64,000 bases of DNA from Rubrivivax sp. (lineage in GTDB: Bacteria > Pseudomonadota > Gammaproteobacteria > Burkholderiales > Burkholderiaceae_C): the NCBI GenBank assembly GCA_046318395.1, contig JBKCUM010000192.1, positions 73 through 64,072 on the forward strand. Direction: 5' to 3'. The notes beneath the pieces were generated by a model that made no database searches, was not told the DNA's origin, and was given only the letters and a program-made list of their open reading frames with translations. This document shows, piece after piece, positions 51,746 to 62,050 of the stretch. How positions within the stretch are numbered: the first letter of the stretch is position 1; every line of letters starts with the position of its first letter. The position numbers and the translations under genes were made by a program.

Positions 51746-52522
51746 TCACTGGCCACGCTTGATGGCGATTTCGTCTTCTTCGCGGTAGCGGCGGTCGGCG
51801 CAGTCGGTCAACCAGACCTCGCGCTCGTTGTTCACCGTGCGCACGCGGGCGGTCAGCGCTTCGTTGCGCTGGTTCCAGGCCGTGGCGCGGGCTTCCAGGG
51901 CCTTGGCGCGGGCGTTGAAGCTGTTGAACACCTCGGTGGTGTTGGGCATGGCCGCGCGCGCGGCTTCCAGGTCGGCCTGCGACTTCTGCAGGTCGTTGCG
52001 CTCGTTGGCCAGGCGCTTGAGCTCGCGTTCGGCCTGCATGCCCGTCATCTCTTTGACGGCTTCGGTGCGCTCGTTGTACAGGGCCACGCGGTCGGCGTGG
52101 GCCTTGTAGCGCTCGTTCATCTCGGTCACGGCCTTGCGCGCCGCGTCCACCTTGGCCATGTCGGCCTTGTGGGCTTCCTGCTCGGCCAACAAGGTGGCCT
52201 TTTCGGCTTCCACGGCGTTGCGCTCGGCTTCGGTCTCGTCGCGGTCCTTGCCCAGCTGTGTCTGCTGCTTCAGGCAGGTCCGCAGTTCATCGCGCGTCAT
52301 CAGCGGCCGGCCACGGCCCCCGGTGCCACCGCCCAGGGTGCGCCCCTCGCTGGCGGCAGGCAGGGCCGCAGCACCGGGTGCGGCAGGCGCTGACTTGGTG
52401 GCGGGCGGCTTGGCGGTGGTCTTGGCGGGCGGGGTCTGGGCTTGGACGGCCGGGGTGGCGGCGATCACCAGGCCCGACAGCAGCAGGGCCGGGGTACGGC
52501 ACAGCGCGTGAAAGCGGATCAT
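51746..52522 (-). CDS. secreted coiled-coil protein, unknown function
   Basis: Inner ATG 52522 preceded by GAGGA. Signal peptide ..ATPAVQAQ, Pro/Ala/Lys-rich spacer, then long heptad-like charged region. Stops 8 nt before dcp. Confidence 0.6.
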   Translation of the reverse strand: MIRFHALCRTPALLLSGLVIAATPAVQAQTPPAKTTAKPPATKSAPAAPGAAALPAASEGRTLGGGTGGRGRPLMTRDELRTCLKQQTQLGKDRDETEAERNAVEAEKATLLAEQEAHKADMAKVDAARKAVTEMNERYKAHADRVALYNERTEAVKEMTGMQAERELKRLANERNDLQKSQADLEAARAAMPNTTEVFNSFNARAKALEARATAWNQRNEALTARVRTVNNEREVWLTDCADRRYREEDEIAIKRGQ

Positions 52523-52695
52523 CGAAAGTCCTCGGTTGGACGGGGTTGGAAGAAAACAGCGCGCCGCAGCGCAGGCAAGTTCGGGGCCACGCCGGCCCGA
52601 CGAAAGGGCGCCATCATGCCACCGGCCCACCGGCGGCGCAGCGGGAGTGCTCCCCACCCGCTGGGGGGTTCTGTCGGGCCCCCCGCGTGGGGGTG

Positions 52696-52754
52696 GGCAC
52701 CCGGCCGCGCTGTGGCACAGTGCGCGCGCGGCACCCGGCCGCGCTTTTCCACAG
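52696..52754 (+). repeat. 16-nt perfect direct repeat upstream of yaeQ
   Basis: GGCACCCGGCCGCGCT at 52696-52711 and 52730-52745. Each copy is followed by NNNNCACAG (GTGGCACAG / TTTCCACAG). Ends 25 nt before the yaeQ ATG. Confidence 0.35.
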
Positions 52755-52779
52755 CTTCTTTGCCGCACCGCGGCTGCCC

Positions 52780-53337
52780 ATGGCGCTCAAATCCACCGTT
52801 TACAAGGCTTCGCTGCAGATCGCGGACATGGACCGCAACCTGTACGCCAGCCACCAGCTCACGCTGGCCTTGCACCCCTCTGAAACCGAAGAGCGCCTGA
52901 TGGTGCGCCTGCTGGCCTTTGCGCTGCAGGTGGAAGCCGACGACGAACAAGGCCAGCTGCAGTTCGCCCGCGGCCTGTCCGACACCGACGAACCCGACCT
53001 CTGGCTGCACGACCTGACCGGCCAGCTGAAACACTGGGTGGACGTGGGCCAAGTCGACGACCGCCGACTCATCAAGGCCAGCGGCCGCGCCGACCGCGTC
53101 ACGCTGTATTGCTACGCCTCGTCGGTGCCGGTGTGGTGGGCGGCGCTGCACAACAAGCTGACGCGCTTGCGCAACCTGGAGGTCTGGCAACTGCCCGCGG
53201 CCGAGAGCCAGGCCCTGGCCGCGCTGGCCGACCGCAGCATGCAGCTGCAAGTGACGGTGCAGGACGGCCAGGTGATGGTGATCAGCGGCGACCGCACGGT
53301 CGAACTGGCACCGCAGCGCCTGTTCCCAGCGCCCTGA
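52780..53337 (+). CDS. yaeQ: YaeQ-family protein
   Basis: Inner ATG 52780. MALKSTVYKASLQIADMDRNLY is a typical YaeQ N-terminus; 185 aa. Confidence 0.85.
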   Translation: MALKSTVYKASLQIADMDRNLYASHQLTLALHPSETEERLMVRLLAFALQVEADDEQGQLQFARGLSDTDEPDLWLHDLTGQLKHWVDVGQVDDRRLIKASGRADRVTLYCYASSVPVWWAALHNKLTRLRNLEVWQLPAAESQALAALADRSMQLQVTVQDGQVMVISGDRTVELAPQRLFPAP

Positions 53338-53452
53338 CCAGCCGCCCCCTGAAGCCTGCGGACGCCCACCGACGCCATCTGCCGCCAACGCACCACCGCG
53401 CCGAACCCGGGCCTTCGTTCACCGCCCCAACACCCCTGCCCCCGTCCGCCCC

Positions 53453-55618
53453 ATGCGACTGCCCTTCAAGCCCACCTTGTTCGCCGCGCTGCTGAGCAGC
53501 CTGGCCCTGCCCGCCATGACCCAGAACGCCACCCCGCCCAACGCCGCCACCTCGCCTGCCGCCGCTGCCGCCACCACCACCGACCCCTACCTGTGGCTGG
53601 AAGACGTCACCGGCGAACGCGCGCTGGCCTGGGTGCGTGAACGCAACGCCGAAACCCGCCAGGTGCTGGAGGCCGAAGCCGGCTTCAAGCCCACGCGCGA
53701 CGGCATACGCGCCATCCTGGATTCCAAAGACAAGATCCCCGCCGTCAGCCGCCGCGGCGCCCACCTGTACAACCTGTGGCAAGACGCGCAGCACCCGCGC
53801 GGCCTGTGGCGCCGCACCACGCTGGCCGAATACGCCAAGCCGCAACCGGCCTGGGAAACCGTGCTGGACCTGGACGCCCTGGGCAAGGCCGAAGGCGAAA
53901 ACTGGGTCTGGGGCGGCGCCACCTGCCTGGCGCCTGAGAACCGGCTGTGCCTGCTGGAACTGTCGCGTGGCGGCGCCGACGCCACCGTGGTGCGCGAGTT
54001 CGACACCGTGGCCAAGCAGTTCGTCAAAGACGGTTTCACGCTGCCCGAAGCCAAGAGCAGCGTGTCCTGGGGTGAGGACGCCAACACCGTCTACGTGGGC
54101 ACCGACACCGGCGCCGGGTCCATGACCGACAGCGGCTACCCGCGCCAGGTGCGCCGCTGGCAGCGGGGCCAGCCGCTGGCCAGCGCGCCCGTGGTCTACG
54201 AAGGCCAGAAAACCGACGTCAGCGCCTGGGTCAGCCTGGACAAGACCCCCGGCTTCCAGCGCCTGACGGCTGGCCGCAGCATCGACTTCTACCGCAGCGA
54301 ACAGTTCCTGCGCCAGGGCGACCGTTGGGTGAAGCTGAACAAACCCGACGACGCCCAGGTCAGCTTCTGGCGCGAACACGCCCTGGTGGAACTGCGCAGC
54401 GACTGGACCGACCCCGCGGGCCGCAGCTGGCCGCGCGGCAGCCTGCTGGTCGGCCCGGCCGACGCCTACCTGGCTGGCAAGCCGCAGTTCCAGGCCCTGT
54501 TCACGCCCACGGCCACGCGTTCGCTGGCCGGCATGACGGCCACCGCCACGCGCGTGGTGGTCAACGTGCTGGACAACGTGGCCAGCCGCCTGGAGGAATG
54601 GCTGCCCACGCCACAAGGCTGGCAGCAGCGCCTGGTGAAGGCGCCGCACCCCGGCAGCCTGGGCGTGCAGGCCCTGCACGACCCGCAGGTGAAGAACGAC
54701 CCCATGGCCGAACTGCTGTTGGTGAACTACACCGACTTCCTGACGCCCGACTCGCTGCGACTGGCCACCGCCGGCCAAGACGGCCTGCAGCCGCTGAAGG
54801 CCCGGCCGCAGTTCTTCAACAGCACCGGTATGCGCGTGGAGCAGCGTTTTGCCACCAGCCGCGACGGCACCCGCGTGCCCTACTTCGTGGTGTGGCCCAA
54901 AGACGCCAAGGCCGACGGCAAGAACCCCACGCTGCTGTACGGCTACGGCGGCTTCGAGGTGTCCATGCAGCCCTACTACTCGGGCAGCGTGGGCCAAAGC
55001 TGGCTGACCAAGGGCGGCGTCTACGTGCTGGCCAACATCCGCGGTGGTGGTGAATTCGGCCCGGCCTGGCACCAGGCCGCGGTGAAGCACCAGAAGCAGA
55101 AGAGCTACGACGACTTCGCCGCCGTGGCCGAAGACCTGATCAAGGCCGGCATCACCAGCCCCGCCCACCTGGGCATCGAGGGCGGCAGCAACGGCGGCCT
55201 GCTGGTCGGCGCCGTGATGCTGCAGCGGCCCGAGCTGTTCGGCGCCGTGGTCTGCCAGGTGCCGCTGCTGGACATGCAGCGCTACCACCAACTGCTGGCC
55301 GGCGCCTCGTGGATGGCCGAATACGGCAACCCCGACCTGCCCGAAGACTGGGCCGTGCTGAAGACCTACAGCCCTTACCAGAACGTGAAGCCGGGCGTGA
55401 AACTGCCGGCGCTGCTGCTGATCACCAGCACGCGCGACGACCGTGTGCACCCGGGCCACGCGCGCAAGATGGCGGCGCGGCTGCGCGAGTTCGGCCACAG
55501 CCCGATGTACTACGAAAACATCGAAGGTGGCCACGGCGGTGCGGCCGACAACGCCCAGCGCGCCGACATGAGCGCACTGGAGTACACCTTCCTCTGGAAG
55601 CACCTGGCGCGCCGCTGA
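53453..55618 (+). CDS. prolyl oligopeptidase-family serine peptidase (S9)
   Basis: Signal peptide, beta-propeller region. Catalytic GGSNGGLL Ser; downstream Asp/His contexts (TSTRDDRVHPGHARK). Confidence 0.9.
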   Translation: MRLPFKPTLFAALLSSLALPAMTQNATPPNAATSPAAAAATTTDPYLWLEDVTGERALAWVRERNAETRQVLEAEAGFKPTRDGIRAILDSKDKIPAVSRRGAHLYNLWQDAQHPRGLWRRTTLAEYAKPQPAWETVLDLDALGKAEGENWVWGGATCLAPENRLCLLELSRGGADATVVREFDTVAKQFVKDGFTLPEAKSSVSWGEDANTVYVGTDTGAGSMTDSGYPRQVRRWQRGQPLASAPVVYEGQKTDVSAWVSLDKTPGFQRLTAGRSIDFYRSEQFLRQGDRWVKLNKPDDAQVSFWREHALVELRSDWTDPAGRSWPRGSLLVGPADAYLAGKPQFQALFTPTATRSLAGMTATATRVVVNVLDNVASRLEEWLPTPQGWQQRLVKAPHPGSLGVQALHDPQVKNDPMAELLLVNYTDFLTPDSLRLATAGQDGLQPLKARPQFFNSTGMRVEQRFATSRDGTRVPYFVVWPKDAKADGKNPTLLYGYGGFEVSMQPYYSGSVGQSWLTKGGVYVLANIRGGGEFGPAWHQAAVKHQKQKSYDDFAAVAEDLIKAGITSPAHLGIEGGSNGGLLVGAVMLQRPELFGAVVCQVPLLDMQRYHQLLAGASWMAEYGNPDLPEDWAVLKTYSPYQNVKPGVKLPALLLITSTRDDRVHPGHARKMAARLREFGHSPMYYENIEGGHGGAADNAQRADMSALEYTFLWKHLARR

Positions 55619-55653
55619 GCCGCGCTGAACGCCCCCACTCGGCCACGGCCACC

Positions 55654-56439
55654 ATGCTGCACTGGATCGACGACAGCAGCCCGCTGCCGCCCGCCGCCGC
55701 GGCGCTGGGGCCGGACAGCGACGCACCGGGCCTGGTGGCCGCCGGTGGCCATGTGCACCCGGGGCGGCTGGAAGAGGCCTACCGGCTGGGCATCTTCCCC
55801 TGGTACAGCCCCGGCCAACCGGTGCTGTGGTGGAGCCTGGACCCGCGCATGGTGCTGCCGGTGGCCGAGTTCAAGCTGGCGCCTTCGCTGAAGAAGACAC
55901 TGCGGCGGTTCCTGCGCACCCCGGGCTGCGCGCTGCGGGTGGACAGCGCTTTTGCGGCCGTGATGCAGGCCTGCGCCAGCACGCCGCGTGAAGGCCAGAA
56001 CGGCACCTGGATCGTGCCCGAGATGCTGGCCGCCTACACCGCCTGGCACCACCAGCGCCGCGTGCACAGCTTCGAGACCTGGGTGGACGGCGTGCTGGTG
56101 GGCGGCCTGTACGGTGTGTGCATCGGCCGCATGTTTTATGGCGAGTCGATGTTCTCGCACCGCACCGACGCGTCCAAGATCGCGCTGGCCGGCCTGGTGG
56201 CCTTCTGCCGGCAGCACGGCATCACGCTGATCGACTGCCAGCAGGCCACCGGCCACCTGGCCAGCCTGGGCGGGCGCGAGGTGCCGCGCGCCGACTTCGT
56301 GGCCCACGTGGCCCAGGCCGTGCAACAGGCCGACATCGCCGATTGGACTTACGATGCCGCCTGGTGGCAGCACCTGCTGCCCGCGCCAGACGCTCCGCCG
56401 AACCACCCGCCCTCCAGCCCTGCCCTGCCCCGCGCGTGA
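55654..56439 (+). CDS. aat: leucyl/phenylalanyl-tRNA--protein transferase
   Basis: Inner ATG 55654. Motifs [22 protein letters not shown]. Confidence 0.9.
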   Translation: MLHWIDDSSPLPPAAAALGPDSDAPGLVAAGGHVHPGRLEEAYRLGIFPWYSPGQPVLWWSLDPRMVLPVAEFKLAPSLKKTLRRFLRTPGCALRVDSAFAAVMQACASTPREGQNGTWIVPEMLAAYTAWHHQRRVHSFETWVDGVLVGGLYGVCIGRMFYGESMFSHRTDASKIALAGLVAFCRQHGITLIDCQQATGHLASLGGREVPRADFVAHVAQAVQQADIADWTYDAAWWQHLLPAPDAPPNHPPSSPALPRA

Positions 56440-57215
56440 CGCACCCCAAAGAACTCCCGCTGGCCCAGTTGCAGTTCTATGCCACGGCGCCCTACCCCTG
56501 CAGCTACCTGCCCGACCAGCAGGCGCGCTCGCAGGTGGCCACGCCCAGCCACCTGATCCACGCCGACGCCTACTCGGCCCTGGTGGCCAACGGTTTCCGG
56601 CGCAGCGGCCTGTTCACCTACCGCCCCTACTGCGACGGCTGCCGCGCCTGCGTGCCGCTGCGCGTGCCGGTGCAGCGCTTCGAAGCCACCCGCAGCCAGC
56701 GCCGTGCCTGGAAGGCCCACGCCGGGCTGAAGTCGCGCGTGTTGCGCCTGGGTTTTTCGCAAGAGCATTACCAGCTCTACCTGCGCTACCAGGCCGGCCG
56801 CCACAGCGGCGGTGGCATGGACCACGACAGCGTGGACCAGTACACGCAGTTCCTGCTGCAAAGCCGCGTCAACTCACGCCTGGTGGAGTTCCGTGAAGCC
56901 ACGGCCGATGGCCAGCCCGGCGCGTTGAAGATGGTGTCCATCCTGGACGTGCTGAGCGACGGCCTGTCGGCCGTCTACACCTTCTACGAACCCGACGAGG
57001 TGGCCAGCTACGGCACCTACGGCGTGCTGTGGCAGGTGGAACAGGCGCGACAGCTGAACCTGCCCTACCTGTACCTGGGCTACTGGATAGGCCGCAGCCC
57101 CAAGATGGCCTACAAGCGCCAGTTCGTCCCGCACCAGCTGCTGGTGGATGGCCGCTGGCAAGACGCCGAAAACCTGCCGCCGGAAAGCCTGCAAGACCCC
57201 GCCGGCGGGGTGTGA
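56436..57215 (+). CDS. bpt: arginyltransferase-family (Bpt) aminoacyl-tRNA--protein transferase
   Basis: GTG 56436 overlaps the aat stop (GTGA). Motifs [29 protein letters not shown]-terminal ATE domain. Confidence 0.85.
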   Translation: MTHPKELPLAQLQFYATAPYPCSYLPDQQARSQVATPSHLIHADAYSALVANGFRRSGLFTYRPYCDGCRACVPLRVPVQRFEATRSQRRAWKAHAGLKSRVLRLGFSQEHYQLYLRYQAGRHSGGGMDHDSVDQYTQFLLQSRVNSRLVEFREATADGQPGALKMVSILDVLSDGLSAVYTFYEPDEVASYGTYGVLWQVEQARQLNLPYLYLGYWIGRSPKMAYKRQFVPHQLLVDGRWQDAENLPPESLQDPAGGV

Positions 57216-57272
57216 CGCGGCAGCGGCCGGCGCCCGGTCAAGGCGCCAGCCAGCCGGCTCCCACAAGCGCCC

Positions 57273-58943
57273 TCAAACCAGCGCCCAGGCCGTGCCCTCG
57301 GTGCGCGCAGCACCGTCGTGCTGCAGCTTCAACAGGTGCGCCAGCAGCGAACGCCGCGCCACCGGGTGCAGGGCCGCGGGCACGTCGTCGTAGACACGGG
57401 CCACCAGCTCGCCCAGGTCGGCCGGCTGCGGGCCCAGGGCCTGCAGCACCTTGGCCTCGCGCTTCAGGCGGTGGGCGATGAGCCCACGCACCACGGCGTG
57501 CGGCTGCGCCACCAGGAAACCGTGGCCCGGGGCCAGCAGTTGCAGGTCTTCACCCAACAAGCGTTCCAGCGCCTGCAGGTAGACCACCATGTCGCCGTCG
57601 GGCGGGTTGATGACCACGGTGCTGCCTTGCATCACATGGTCGCCGGTGAACAGCCAACGCGCGCCTTCCAGCAGGAAACACAGGTGGTTGCTGGCGTGGC
57701 CCGGTGTGTGCAGTGCGCGCAGCACCACGCCGCCGCCCAAGGCCAGGGTGTCGCCTTCCACCGGTTCGTAGACCGGCTGGAAGTGCGGGTCCTGCCCAGC
57801 GGGGTGTGCTGGACGGCGACCCCACACCTGCGCGCCCGTGGCCGCGGCCAGGGCCGCCGCGCCGGGCGAATGGTCCATGTGGGTATGGGTGGCCAGCACG
57901 TGGGTGATGCGCCCGGGCGCCGCGGCCAACAAGGCCTGCAGGTGGCCGTCGTCCACCGGGCCCGGGTCGATGACGGCCCAGCTTCCGGCCTCGCCTTCAC
58001 CGCCACCCACCAGGTAGGTGTTGGTGCCGGGGCCGGTCATCATGCCGGGGTTGGGCGCCGTCACGCGGATGACCTGCGGCGACAAACGCACGGCACGGCC
58101 CGGTACCAGGTCGGTCGGGTGGTCGCAGCGGCCCAGCGGGTCCACGTGGGCCAGTTCGGCGTACGCGAACTCATCGGGCAGCACGATGGTGCGCTGCCCA
58201 CGCGCGTTCACCCCGGCGCGCGGCATCACGAGCTGGATGTCACGCGGCGCCTGCGCTTCAGCCAGCGCCGCCGCCACGCTGCGGTGGCGTGCCAACTGCT
58301 GGAGTGTGCGGCGTGTCACCGGCAGCAGCTTCAGGCCCTGGGCCGGGCTCAGCGCCACCTCGGGCCGCAGCCACATCAGCTCCAGCGCTTCACCGCCATC
58401 GGCCACGGCCACCTGGCCCAGCGGTGCAGCGGCCATGAAGAAGCGGGTGTCGAAACGTTTGGGCACGCCCGGCGGCGTGAGCCAGTGGCTCCAGTAGTGC
58501 AGGCCGCGCAGGTCCCAGCGCCGGCCCAGGGCATGGGCAATGTCGGCAGCGCCGCAGCCGCCTTGCTGCAGGCGGTCGCGCCAGGGTGCGGCGTCGGCCT
58601 CGGCCACCGGGCCGTCCAGCACCAGCAAGCCCACCTCTTCGAAGGTTTCGCGCACGGCGGCCAGGGCGTAGTCCAGTGCCCCCTCGGCCAGGCCGAAACG
58701 GGCGCTGAGCGCGGCGTCGTCGCCGCCCACCTGGTGGGCGTGGGCCGCGCGGTCGCGGGCGTCGAGCACACCGCCGGGGAACACGGCGGCACCGCTGCGC
58801 AGGTCGCCGTCGCGTTCGGCGCGGCGCAGCATCAGCACCTCGATGTCGGGGGTGCCGTCGGTGGGGTGGGTGGCGTCGCGCAGCAGGATCAACGACGCCG
58901 CGGGCCGTGCGTCGGCCGGCAGCGTGTAGAACGGCGCGCTCAC
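57273..58943 (-). CDS. Nudix-like / MBL-fold metallo-hydrolase fusion protein
   Basis: GTG 58943 overlaps the upstream stop (GTGA). N-terminal Nudix-box-like ..GGV..AAVRETFEEVGLL. C-terminal MBL motif ATHTHMDHSPG. Confidence 0.75.
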   Translation of the reverse strand: MSAPFYTLPADARPAASLILLRDATHPTDGTPDIEVLMLRRAERDGDLRSGAAVFPGGVLDARDRAAHAHQVGGDDAALSARFGLAEGALDYALAAVRETFEEVGLLVLDGPVAEADAAPWRDRLQQGGCGAADIAHALGRRWDLRGLHYWSHWLTPPGVPKRFDTRFFMAAAPLGQVAVADGGEALELMWLRPEVALSPAQGLKLLPVTRRTLQQLARHRSVAAALAEAQAPRDIQLVMPRAGVNARGQRTIVLPDEFAYAELAHVDPLGRCDHPTDLVPGRAVRLSPQVIRVTAPNPGMMTGPGTNTYLVGGGEGEAGSWAVIDPGPVDDGHLQALLAAAPGRITHVLATHTHMDHSPGAAALAAATGAQVWGRRPAHPAGQDPHFQPVYEPVEGDTLALGGGVVLRALHTPGHASNHLCFLLEGARWLFTGDHVMQGSTVVINPPDGDMVVYLQALERLLGEDLQLLAPGHGFLVAQPHAVVRGLIAHRLKREAKVLQALGPQPADLGELVARVYDDVPAALHPVARRSLLAHLLKLQHDGAARTEGTAWALV

Positions 58944-60085
58944 CGCAGCACCCCGGCGGCGCGCAGCGCGGCGATCTCGGCCTCGCCCAAGCCGGCTTCG
59001 GCCAGCACTTCCGCGCTGTGCTGCCCCAGGCGGGGTGCAGAGCGTGGTGCCCCAGGCGGTGTGCGGTCGAACCGCGGTGCGGGGGCGGGCTGCACCACGC
59101 CGTCCAGCGTCACGAAGCCCTGGCGCGCCTGTGCATGGGCGTGCAGCGGCGCTTCGGCCATGGACAACACCGGGGCGAAACAAGCGTCCGTGCCTTCCAG
59201 CTGCGCACACCAGGCGTCGCGGGTCTGCGCCTTCACGGCAGTGGCGATGGCCGCGCGCATCTCGGGCCACAGGCGGCGGTCGTACTGGCGGAGCACAAAG
59301 CGTTCTTCCAGGCCCAGCGCGCGGGCCAGCACGGCAAAGAACTTGGGTTCCAGCGGGGCCAGCGCGATGTGGCGGCCGTCGGCGGTCTCGTAGGTGTCGT
59401 AGAACGGCGCACCGCCGTCCAGCAGGTTCTGGCCCCGCGGTTCGCCCCAGGCACCAGCGGCTTGCAGGCCGTAGAACAAACCCATCAGCGAGGCCGCGCC
59501 GTCCACCATGGCGGCGTCCACCACCTGGCCCTGGCCCGAGCGCTGGCGTTCGAACAACGCCGCCAGCACGCCCATGGCCAGGTAGAGCGCGCCGCCGCCG
59601 TAGTCGCCCACCAGGTTCAGCGGCGGCACGGGCTTGCCCTGGGCCGGGCCGATGCCGTGCAGCGCCCCGGTCAGCGCGATGTAGTTCAGGTCGTGGCCGG
59701 CGGCCTGGGCCAGCGGGCCCTGCTGGCCAAAGCCCGTCATGCGGCCATAGACCAGGCGCGGCTGGCGCGCTCGGCAGACCTCGGGCCCCAGGCCCAGGCG
59801 CTCGGCCACGCCGGGGCGCCAGCCTTCGATCATCACGTCGGCACCGTCCACCAGGCGCAGCGTGGCTTCCACCCCGGCGGGTTGTTTCAGGTCCAGCGCC
59901 ACGGAACGGCGGCTGCGGGCGTTGACGTCGTGTTCAGGCGCCATGGGCAGGCCCAGGCCGCTGGCCTCCAGGCGGTCCACACGCACCACGTCGGCGCCCA
60001 GGTCGGCCAGCAACATGGCGCACATGGGGCCGGGGCCGATGCTGGCGAGTTCGATGACTTTCAGGCCTTGAAGGGGTCCGGGCAT
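58940..60085 (-). CDS. CaiB/BaiF family III CoA-transferase
   Basis: Inner ATG 60085 (MPGPLQGLKVIELASIGPGPMC..). Family III N-terminal signature; 381 aa. Confidence 0.85.
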   Translation of the reverse strand: MPGPLQGLKVIELASIGPGPMCAMLLADLGADVVRVDRLEASGLGLPMAPEHDVNARSRRSVALDLKQPAGVEATLRLVDGADVMIEGWRPGVAERLGLGPEVCRARQPRLVYGRMTGFGQQGPLAQAAGHDLNYIALTGALHGIGPAQGKPVPPLNLVGDYGGGALYLAMGVLAALFERQRSGQGQVVDAAMVDGAASLMGLFYGLQAAGAWGEPRGQNLLDGGAPFYDTYETADGRHIALAPLEPKFFAVLARALGLEERFVLRQYDRRLWPEMRAAIATAVKAQTRDAWCAQLEGTDACFAPVLSMAEAPLHAHAQARQGFVTLDGVVQPAPAPRFDRTPPGAPRSAPRLGQHSAEVLAEAGLGEAEIAALRAAGVLR

Positions 60086-60189
60086 GGGGCAAGGGTGCAG
60101 GCCGCGCTGCACCCATGTGCAACCGGCCTGAAAGGTGGCTTCAACAGCGGAGGAGTTTGCCGCAGCCCGGCGCGCCTAGACTGGCCACC

Positions 60190-61962
60190 ATGCTGCTGAT
60201 CAACCCTGAGTCCACCGCCGCACCGGTCGTGCAACGCCTGACACGCACGGCCCGCCTGCTGACCCTGGCCGCCGCCCTGCAGGGCACCGCCCACGCCGCC
60301 TCGGTGGCGCCCGTGGCCGCGCCGCACGGCATGGTGGTGACGGCCCAGCACCTGGCCACGCAGGTGGGTGTGGACGTGCTGAAAGCCGGCGGCAACGCCA
60401 CCGACGCCGCCGTGGCCGTGGCCTATGCGCTGTCGGTGGTCTACCCCTCGGCCGGCGGGCTGATGGGCGGTGGTTTCATGCTGCTGCACAGCGCCCAAGG
60501 CGACACACGTTTCATCGACTTCCGCGAAACCGCCCCACAAGCCGCGCAGCGCGACATGTTCCTGGGCGCCGACGGCCAGCCGGTGAAAGGCCGCAGCACG
60601 CGCAGCCCGCTGGCCGTGGCCGTGCCGGGCCTGGTGGCCGGGTTGGAGCTGGCCTTGCAGACCCAGGGCAGCCGGCCGCGCGCGGCGCTGCTGGCCCCGG
60701 CCATCCGCTTGGCCGAACAAGGCTTTGCGCTGACCGAAGGCGACGCGGCCATGTTGGCCATCGCCGCGCCCGATCTGCAGAAAGACCCGCCTTCGGCCGC
60801 CCTGTTCGCACCCGGCGGCCGCCCGCTGCAGGCCGGCCAGCGCTTAGTGCAACGCGACCTGGCCCAGGTGCTGCGCCGCGTGGCACGCCAAGGCGCAGCC
60901 GGCTTCTACAGCGGCCCCACGGCCCAGGCCATCGCGCGCCACCAGGCCGCCACGGGCGGCCTGCTCAGCACGGCCGACTTGGCCGGCTACCGCGCGCTAC
61001 AGCGCGAGCCCGTGCGCTGCGCCTACCGCGGCCTGCAGGTGGTGACGGCCGCCCCGCCCAGCGGCGGTGGTGTGGCCTTGTGCCAGATGCTGCAGGTGCT
61101 GGAGCCCTACCCGCTGAAGGACTGGGGCTGGCGCAGCGCCCAAGGTGTGCACGTGCAGATCGAGGCCATGCGCCACGCTTTCGTGGACCGCAACCACCTG
61201 CTCGGCGACCCGGCCTTCGTGGCCAACCCGGTGGCGCGCCTCACCTCGCCGGCCTACGCCGCCGAAGTGCGCGCGGCCATCGCACCCGGCCGCGCCGGCA
61301 CGCCCGAGACCGTGCGCCCGGGCGTGGCCCCGCACGCCACCTGGCAGGAAGGCCCCAACACCACGCACTTCAGCGTGGTGGACCGCTGGGGCAACGCGGC
61401 CTCGGTGACCACCACGCTGAACGACTGGTACGGCGCGCGCCTGACCGTGCCCGGCACCGGCCTGGTGCTGAACAACGGCATGGACGACTTCAGCGCCAAA
61501 CCCGGCGCGCCCAACCTCTACGGCCTGGCCCAGGGCGAGGCCAACGCCATCGCGCCGGGCAAACGCCCGCTGTCGTCGATGACGCCCACGGTGGTGCTGA
61601 AAGACGGCCAGGTGTGGATGGTGCTGGGCACACCGGGTGGCAGCCGCATCATCACCTCGGTGCTGCACACCTTGCTGAACGTGGTGGACCACGGCATGGA
61701 CATCCAGGAAGCCGTGGACGCGCCGCGCTTCCACCAGCAGTGGCTGCCGGCGGCCACCAACCTGGAACCCTTTGCGCTGAGCCCCGACACACAGGCCCTG
61801 CTGCGCGGCTGGGGCCACAGCTTCAGCGACGCCCAACCCGCCAACCACCTGGCGGCCATTCTGGTGGGCGCGCCCAAACTGAACGGCCCGGCGGTGCCCG
61901 GCCAGCGGCTGTTCGGCGCCAACGACCCACGCCGCCGCACCGGCCTGGCCGCAGGGCATTGA
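60190..61962 (+). CDS. ggt: gamma-glutamyltransferase
   Basis: Inner ATG 60190 plus signal peptide. Autoprocessing site GPNTTHFSVVD; GGSRII motif. Confidence 0.9.
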   Translation: MLLINPESTAAPVVQRLTRTARLLTLAAALQGTAHAASVAPVAAPHGMVVTAQHLATQVGVDVLKAGGNATDAAVAVAYALSVVYPSAGGLMGGGFMLLHSAQGDTRFIDFRETAPQAAQRDMFLGADGQPVKGRSTRSPLAVAVPGLVAGLELALQTQGSRPRAALLAPAIRLAEQGFALTEGDAAMLAIAAPDLQKDPPSAALFAPGGRPLQAGQRLVQRDLAQVLRRVARQGAAGFYSGPTAQAIARHQAATGGLLSTADLAGYRALQREPVRCAYRGLQVVTAAPPSGGGVALCQMLQVLEPYPLKDWGWRSAQGVHVQIEAMRHAFVDRNHLLGDPAFVANPVARLTSPAYAAEVRAAIAPGRAGTPETVRPGVAPHATWQEGPNTTHFSVVDRWGNAASVTTTLNDWYGARLTVPGTGLVLNNGMDDFSAKPGAPNLYGLAQGEANAIAPGKRPLSSMTPTVVLKDGQVWMVLGTPGGSRIITSVLHTLLNVVDHGMDIQEAVDAPRFHQQWLPAATNLEPFALSPDTQALLRGWGHSFSDAQPANHLAAILVGAPKLNGPAVPGQRLFGANDPRRRTGLAAGH

Positions 61963-61985
61963 GCCGGCGGCACAGCGCCGCCGGC
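61963..61985 (+). terminator. hairpin immediately after ggt
   Basis: Perfect 9-bp stem GCCGGCGGC/GCCGCCGGC with 5-nt loop, starting 1 nt after the stop. No U-tract. Confidence 0.4.
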
Positions 61986-62050
61986 CCTGTGCCGGTCGGT
62001 GAAAACCCTGGCGGGCTAAAATCGCCGGTCCCCCCGACCTTTGAGCCGAG

